This document shows positions 58,814 to 64,000 of a stretch of 64,000 nt of DNA, piece after piece. Source of the stretch: Candidatus Kuenenia stuttgartensis (GTDB lineage Bacteria; Planctomycetota; Planctomycetia; Pirellulales; UBA1268). Position 1 is the first letter of the stretch. Each line of letters starts with the position of its first letter. The notes beneath the pieces are model-generated. The model searched no databases. It was not told where the DNA came from and saw nothing but the letters and a program-made list of their open reading frames with translations. Where the stretch lies: NCBI GenBank assembly GCA_945897435.1, contig CAMDFJ010000004.1, forward strand, positions 10,316 to 74,315, read 5' to 3'. The position numbers were made by a program, and so were the translations under genes.

Positions 58814-58916
58814 GAGCACCGCCTGACCGAAGGCCGAGGGGCTCTTCCTCAGGAGCGGTCGAGTCAGCATTTTCGCGCTACGAAATCGAGTCGGCCTCCA
58901 GGCTACAATCGCTCGG

Positions 58917-60767
58917 ATGACGGTTCACTACGACTACGACGTGCTCGTGATCGGCGCCGGGCATGCCGGCATCGAGGCCGCATGCGCGGCGGCCCGGCTC
59001 GGGGCCCGGGTCGGACTGCTGACGGCGAACTGCGACACCGTCGGGCAGATGAGCTGCAACCCGGCGATCGGCGGTGTCGGCAAGGCGCAGCTCGTCCGCG
59101 AGATCGACGCGCTCGGCGGTCTGATGGGACGGACGATCGACGCCACCGGCATCCAGTTTCGCGTCCTCAACCGCTCGAAGGGCCCGGCGATGCACGGGCC
59201 GCGGGCCCAGGCCGACAAGAAGCTCTACCAGATGGAGGCCAAACGGATCGTCGAGGAGACGGAGGGGCTCGAACTCCGGCAGGAGACGGTCGAGGATCTT
59301 CTCGTCGAGCCCGTTGCCGACTCTGGTCCAGGCAGGCCGGCCTGGCGGGTGACTGGCCTGCGGGTCCGCGGTGACGCCGAGTATCACGCAGCCGCCGTCG
59401 TGCTCACGACCGGCACCTTTCTCCAGGCCGTGATGCACACGGGCGAGGCCCGAACCCCGGGCGGCCGGGCAGGCGAGGGGACGACCGCCGGCCTCAGCCA
59501 GGCCCTGGAGCGGGTCGGCATCCGGATCGACCGCTTCAAGACCGGAACGCCCTGCCGACTGCTTGCCCGCTCGATCGATTTTTCAAAACTCGACGTCCAG
59601 CCGGGCGATGAACAGCCGCAGCCCTTCTCCTTCCTGACCGACCGCATCGAGCAGGAACAGATGGTCTGCTGGATCACCCGCACGACCCCCGAAATCCACG
59701 ACCTGATCCGGGCGAATCTCCACCGGGCGCCGATGTACAGCGGTCAGATCGAGTCCCGTGGGCCCCGCTACTGCCCGAGCATCGAGGACAAGATCGTCAG
59801 GTTCTCCGACAAGGAGAGTCACCAGCTGTTTCTCGAACCCGAGGGACGGCGGACCCAGGAGATCTACGTCAACGGCATCTCCACGAGCCTGCCCCGCGAC
59901 GTGCAGGATGCCATGATCCGAATGGTGCCCGGGCTCGAGCGGGCGCAGGTGATGCGGTATGGCTACGCGGTCGAATACGACTACTGCCCGCCCGACCAGC
60001 TGACGGCGGCGCTGGAGAGCAAGCGGCTTTCGGGCCTGTTCTGCGCCGGACAGATCAACGGTACGACCGGCTACGAGGAGGCGGCGGCCCAGGGCCTCGT
60101 CGCCGGCGCGAACGCGGCCCTCGCCCTGGCGGGCCGGCCGCGGCTCCTGCTCGAACGTGAAGAATCCTACATCGGCGTCCTCGTCGACGACCTCGTGACC
60201 CGTGGTGTCGACGAGCCGTATCGGATGTTCACCAGCCGCGCCGAGCACCGCCTCGCCCTGCGGCACGACAACGCCGATCGTCGCCTGACCCCGAGGGCCG
60301 TCGAACTTGGGCTCGCCTGTCGCGAGCGGGCCGCGAGGCTGGCGGCCAAGACGTCGGAGATCGAGGCGACCCTGGGGGTGCTTTCCGCGCATCGACTGCG
60401 CGGGGTGACGATCGCAGAGATGCTCAAGCGGCCGGAGTTCGGCTGGCCGGAGGCGGTGGCGGCGCTCCCCCAGCTGGCGGGAGTGTCCCGCGAGGCGGCG
60501 GGCCAGATTGCCAGCGATATCCGCTATGCGGGCTATCTCGCCAACGAGCGGGAGCAGATCGAGCGTCGCCGGCGGCAGGGGCCGCGGTCGATTCCCGAGG
60601 GGCTCGACTACGCCGAGGTGCGGCACCTGCGGGCCGAGGCGAGGGAGAAGCTCGACCGGGTTCGGCCGCGGACGCTGGAACAGGCCGGACGGGTGAGCGG
60701 CATCACCCCCGCCGACATAGCCCTCGTGCTCGTCCATCTCGCCCAGGCGACACCCTCGTCGGGATGA
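58917..60767 (+). CDS. mnmG: tRNA uridine-5-carboxymethylaminomethyl modification enzyme MnmG (GidA)
   Basis: '[16 protein letters not shown]', '[26 protein letters not shown]', '[11 protein letters not shown]', '[17 protein letters not shown]'. Confidence 0.95.
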   Translation: MTVHYDYDVLVIGAGHAGIEAACAAARLGARVGLLTANCDTVGQMSCNPAIGGVGKAQLVREIDALGGLMGRTIDATGIQFRVLNRSKGPAMHGPRAQADKKLYQMEAKRIVEETEGLELRQETVEDLLVEPVADSGPGRPAWRVTGLRVRGDAEYHAAAVVLTTGTFLQAVMHTGEARTPGGRAGEGTTAGLSQALERVGIRIDRFKTGTPCRLLARSIDFSKLDVQPGDEQPQPFSFLTDRIEQEQMVCWITRTTPEIHDLIRANLHRAPMYSGQIESRGPRYCPSIEDKIVRFSDKESHQLFLEPEGRRTQEIYVNGISTSLPRDVQDAMIRMVPGLERAQVMRYGYAVEYDYCPPDQLTAALESKRLSGLFCAGQINGTTGYEEAAAQGLVAGANAALALAGRPRLLLEREESYIGVLVDDLVTRGVDEPYRMFTSRAEHRLALRHDNADRRLTPRAVELGLACRERAARLAAKTSEIEATLGVLSAHRLRGVTIAEMLKRPEFGWPEAVAALPQLAGVSREAAGQIASDIRYAGYLANEREQIERRRRQGPRSIPEGLDYAEVRHLRAEAREKLDRVRPRTLEQAGRVSGITPADIALVLVHLAQATPSSG

Positions 60768-60811
60768 GCCGGGCTTCCTTCGTCCAGGCCAGGGTCCTTC
60801 CAAAAAACCAG

Positions 60812-62119
60812 ATGCGAATCGTCCAGATCACGGCCGGGGCAGGGGGGCGGATCTGCGGATCCTGCCTGCACGACAACGCCCTCGTGCGGTCCCTGCGCAG
60901 GAGAGGCCGCGACGCGATCCTGGTGCCGGCATACGTGCCGACCACCACCGACGAGGTGAACGTCGCCGAGCCGACGATCCTCTGCGGCGGGGTCAACGTC
61001 TGGCTGCAGGAACATCTGCCGCTGTTTCGCCACACGCCCGGCTGGGTCGATGCGATCTTCGATTCCCGCAGCCTGCTCGACTGGCTCTCGAACCGGACCG
61101 GCGGCACGAGGCCGGCCGATCTCGGCGGCCTGACGGCCTCGAGCCTGCGGGGCGAGGTGGGGCACCAGCGGAAGGAGGTCGACAAGCTTGCCCGCTGGCT
61201 CGCCGAGCATGCCCGTCCGGAGATCGTGCATCTCTCCAATGCCCTGCTCATCGGATTCGCCCGCCGGATCAGGGAACTGACCGGTGCCAGGATCGTCTGC
61301 AGCCTCTCCGGTGAGGACATCTTCATCGAGCAGATTCCAGAGCCACACTATTCCCTGATTCGCGGACTGTTGCGGGAACGTTCGGCCGACGTCGATCGGT
61401 TCGTCGCCCTGAACGATTTCTTCGCCGGGTTCATGCGGGGCTACCTCGACCTTCCGGCCGGCGCGATCGAGGTCGTTCCGCACGGCGTCGATCTGGAGGG
61501 CTATCCGTCGGCACCGCGGGAGGTGGGGCATGGAAACCGTTCCGGCACGGGCCGGCAGCGGGTCGGCTACCTTGCCCGGGCATGTCCCGAAAAGGGGCTC
61601 GATCTGCTCGTGCGTGCGCTGCCGATCCTGGCGGCGACGCACGACGTCGAGGTTGTGGCCGCCGGCGCGACCGTGGCCGCAGAGCAGGACTACGTGCGGC
61701 ACTGCCTTGGACTCGCCGCAGATCTCGGTGTCGGCGAGCGGTTTTCATGGCGAGGCCAGGTCGACCGTGCCGGCAAGATCGAACTCTTCGGGGCGAGCGA
61801 CCTGTTCGCGATGCCCACCAGGCATCCGGAGGCCAAGGGGCTGCCGGTGATCGAGGCGATGGCCGCGGGAGTGCCGATCGTCGCACCTCGGCATGGCGCC
61901 TTTCCAGAATTGATCGCCCACGAGTCGGCGGCCGGCCCGGCTGGACTGCTCCACGAACCGGGAGATCCGGCAGAACTGGCCAAGGCACTGGCGGCAGTTC
62001 TCGACGATCCGCCGGCGGCGGCCCGGTTCAGCAGCCGCGGTCACTCGCTCGTCCGCGAGCGAAACACCTTCGAATGCATGGCAGCCGGCCACGAGGCGAT
62101 CTACGAGCGACTTGGCTGA
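60812..62119 (+). CDS. Glycosyltransferase, GT-B fold (GT4-like)
   Basis: C-terminal 'FAMPTRHPEAKGLPVIEAMAAGVPIVA' EX7E-type region. Start at ATG 60812 ('MRIVQIT'). Confidence 0.82.
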   Translation: MRIVQITAGAGGRICGSCLHDNALVRSLRRRGRDAILVPAYVPTTTDEVNVAEPTILCGGVNVWLQEHLPLFRHTPGWVDAIFDSRSLLDWLSNRTGGTRPADLGGLTASSLRGEVGHQRKEVDKLARWLAEHARPEIVHLSNALLIGFARRIRELTGARIVCSLSGEDIFIEQIPEPHYSLIRGLLRERSADVDRFVALNDFFAGFMRGYLDLPAGAIEVVPHGVDLEGYPSAPREVGHGNRSGTGRQRVGYLARACPEKGLDLLVRALPILAATHDVEVVAAGATVAAEQDYVRHCLGLAADLGVGERFSWRGQVDRAGKIELFGASDLFAMPTRHPEAKGLPVIEAMAAGVPIVAPRHGAFPELIAHESAAGPAGLLHEPGDPAELAKALAAVLDDPPAAARFSSRGHSLVRERNTFECMAAGHEAIYERLG

Positions 62120-62133
62120 GGGGGCCGGCGGTT

Positions 62134-63246
62134 CTACAGGTCGAGCGGGAACGGGCTCAGGAGTTCGAGGCCGGTTTCGCTGACGAGGTAGTCGTTCTCG
62201 ATCCGCATGCCCGTGCCGAGTTCGGGGGCGTAGAGCGCGGGCTCGACGGCGATCACGTCGCCCGCCTCGAGGACGTCATCCCAGTGCGGGTTGAGATGCG
62301 GGGTCTCGTGGACCCAGAGACCGATGCCGTGGCCGAGGTGGCTCGACCAGGTGCCGACCGGGGCTGCCGACAGCCACTCATGCACCCGGGAGTAGATCTC
62401 CTGACAGCGGACACCCGGCCTTGCCATCCGCTCGACCAGATCGAGGGCGCCGCAGACATGCTGCCAGGCAGCGATCTGGGTGTCCGTCGGAGAGCCGTTG
62501 ACGGCGATCGCCCGCGATGTGTCGGCGAAGTAACCGCGGTAGGCGGGGCCGAGGTCGAGAATGTAGAGGTCGCCGGCGGCGCAGGGCTGCCGTCGTGGCG
62601 GGCCGCCGCGGACGCCACAGGCATAGTCGTTGCCCGTGCCGGTGAGCATCTCGCCGCAGGAGGCGACCGCCGCCGACTGCAGGGCGGAGAAGACCTCGAG
62701 TTCCGAGATGCCGGGGCGGATGATGCCACGAGCGGTCTCGTACATCGCCCCGGCCGCGTCGATCGCCCGCCGCAGGAGCACCAGTTCGTCGGCGTCCTTG
62801 CGGCGCCTGAGTTTCCAGAGGGCAGGTTCGATGTCGACGAATTCTGCGTCTGGAAACAGTCGGGTGACGTGCGGCGGGCAGGAGGAAAACTCGATCCCCA
62901 CCCGCTTCCAACGGCCGCGGCCCGGGAGCCAGTCACCGAGCACGGCAGAGGAGGCCTGCCGTTGGTCGTTTCGCAGTGTCGAACGCCATTTGCCCTCGTA
63001 GGTCCGAACCTCGGGCACGGCCGCGGACTCGACCGGCTTGTCGGGGCAGACGAGCAGGCCGTCACCGGCGACATCCAGGGCTGCCACCGGAAAAAACCGG
63101 TGATCCCAGCGATGGCCGGTCAGGTATTGGATGTGCTCCGGCATCACGACGACCAGTCCGTCGAGCGCGTCGTCGGCGAGACTGACGAGAAGCCTTGTCT
63201 GGCGATTGCGGCAGGCGTCGAGGTCGAGCAGCGGTGTTCCGTTCAT
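62134..63246 (-). CDS. M24-family metallopeptidase (Xaa-Pro aminopeptidase/creatinase-like)
   Basis: 'DLYILDLGPAYRGYFADTSR', 'HLGHGIGLWVHETP', 'GDVIAVEPALY' are pita-bread metal ligand blocks. Confidence 0.85.
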   Translation of the reverse strand: MNGTPLLDLDACRNRQTRLLVSLADDALDGLVVVMPEHIQYLTGHRWDHRFFPVAALDVAGDGLLVCPDKPVESAAVPEVRTYEGKWRSTLRNDQRQASSAVLGDWLPGRGRWKRVGIEFSSCPPHVTRLFPDAEFVDIEPALWKLRRRKDADELVLLRRAIDAAGAMYETARGIIRPGISELEVFSALQSAAVASCGEMLTGTGNDYACGVRGGPPRRQPCAAGDLYILDLGPAYRGYFADTSRAIAVNGSPTDTQIAAWQHVCGALDLVERMARPGVRCQEIYSRVHEWLSAAPVGTWSSHLGHGIGLWVHETPHLNPHWDDVLEAGDVIAVEPALYAPELGTGMRIENDYLVSETGLELLSPFPLDL

Positions 63247-63286
63247 GCGGAGAGTCTTTCGGCAGTGGCGTCTTGTTGTGGTTCGT

Positions 63287-64000
63287 TCAGTCGAGTTTTC
63301 CGAGCAGGCTCGAATCGAACGCCGGGAAACGGGGGTCGAGCCGTTCGAGCGTCTTTCGAACCAGCCTGGCCACCACGAGGTTGCGGTACCACTTCTTGTC
63401 GGCCGGCACGACGTGCCAGGGGGCCTGTTCCGTATTGCACTCGCTGAGGGCCTCTTCGTAGGCCGCGGTGAATGCGTCCCAACGCTTTCTGTCTTCGAGG
63501 TCGTCGGGGCCGAGTTTCCACTGCTTCTTCGGGTCTCGAAGCCGCTCCTCGAGCCGCTGCCGCTGCTCCGAATTGCTGATGTGCAGAAAGCACTTCACGA
63601 ACGTCAGCCCACCGTCCTGGAGCAGTTTCTCGAAGGCGTTGATCTGGGCGTAGCGTGGCCGCCAGACCGATTCCGGGAGGATTTTTCTGACCCGGACAAC
63701 GATCACGTCCTCGTAGTGGGAGCGATTGAAGATGCCGATCCGGCCGTGTGACGGAATCGCGGTATGCACCCGCCAGAGGAAATCGTGGGCGAGTTCCTCG
63801 GCGCTCGGGGCCTTGAAGCTTACGACGTCGAGGCACTGGGGGCTGATGCCGCTGGCCAGCATCCGGATCGTGCCATCCTTGCCGGAGGTGTCGATCCCCT
63901 GCAGCACCACGACCACGGCTCGGCGGGCCTCGGCGAACAGCCGGTAGGCGAGTTCGTCGAGTTTGTCACAGTGGCGACGGGTCTCCTGCTCGGCATCCTC
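63287..64000 (-). CDS. ppk2: Polyphosphate kinase 2 family protein (5' end outside window)
   Basis: 'VVVLQGIDTSGKDGTI' Walker A, 'FLWR', 'IFNRSHYEDV', 'WHVVPADKKWYRN'. The frame stays open upstream to the window edge ('...KLDELAYRLFAEARRA'). Confidence 0.88.
   Translation of the reverse strand, partial: EDAEQETRRHCDKLDELAYRLFAEARRAVVVVLQGIDTSGKDGTIRMLASGISPQCLDVVSFKAPSAEELAHDFLWRVHTAIPSHGRIGIFNRSHYEDVIVVRVRKILPESVWRPRYAQINAFEKLLQDGGLTFVKCFLHISNSEQRQRLEERLRDPKKQWKLGPDDLEDRKRWDAFTAAYEEALSECNTEQAPWHVVPADKKWYRNLVVARLVRKTLERLDPRFPAFDSSLLGKLD

Overview
High-G+C (roughly two-thirds G+C by eye) bacterial chromosomal window, densely packed with about 50 protein-coding genes, many joined by 4-nt ATGA start/stop overlaps. 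The gene content suggests a Planctomycetota-like organism, which is an inference, not a database result. That content includes exported sulfatase, TAT-leader Gfo/Idh/MocA oxidoreductase, xylose-isomerase-like TIM barrels, PQQ-like beta-propeller and a eukaryote-type UDP-sugar pyrophosphorylase. Housekeeping genes recognised from the translations are dapF (5' partial), dnaA, nadK, dxs, ispA, xseB, xseA, cbiX, ruvX, metK, waaA, secA, trpD, a Cu-type P1B ATPase, mnmG and ppk2 (5' partial). There is also a complete D-glucarate/galactarate catabolic cluster (semialdehyde dehydrogenase, kdgD, MFS transporter, gudD). I recognised no rRNA, tRNA, CRISPR array, transposase or integrase by eye. The points most worth a second look are these. 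(1) A translationally coupled minus-strand operon at 45.06-50.9 kb: unknown helical protein, PaaK/LuxE-like adenylating enzyme, Glu-less ALDH/LuxC-like reductase, Fe-ADH and an exported beta-propeller. (2) That operon is interrupted by a perfect 61-bp tandem direct repeat carrying two palindromes. (3) A divergently transcribed pair of an unrecognised 178-aa protein and an SNF2 helicase. (4) A cluster of four exported proteins at 27.7-33.7 kb: two TIM barrels, a TAT Gfo/Idh/MocA enzyme and an 822-aa unknown protein with an internal ~155-aa duplication. (5) A striking excess of the palindrome CGATCG/GCGATCGC across the window. All functional calls come from reading motifs in the supplied translations. 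No searches were run.
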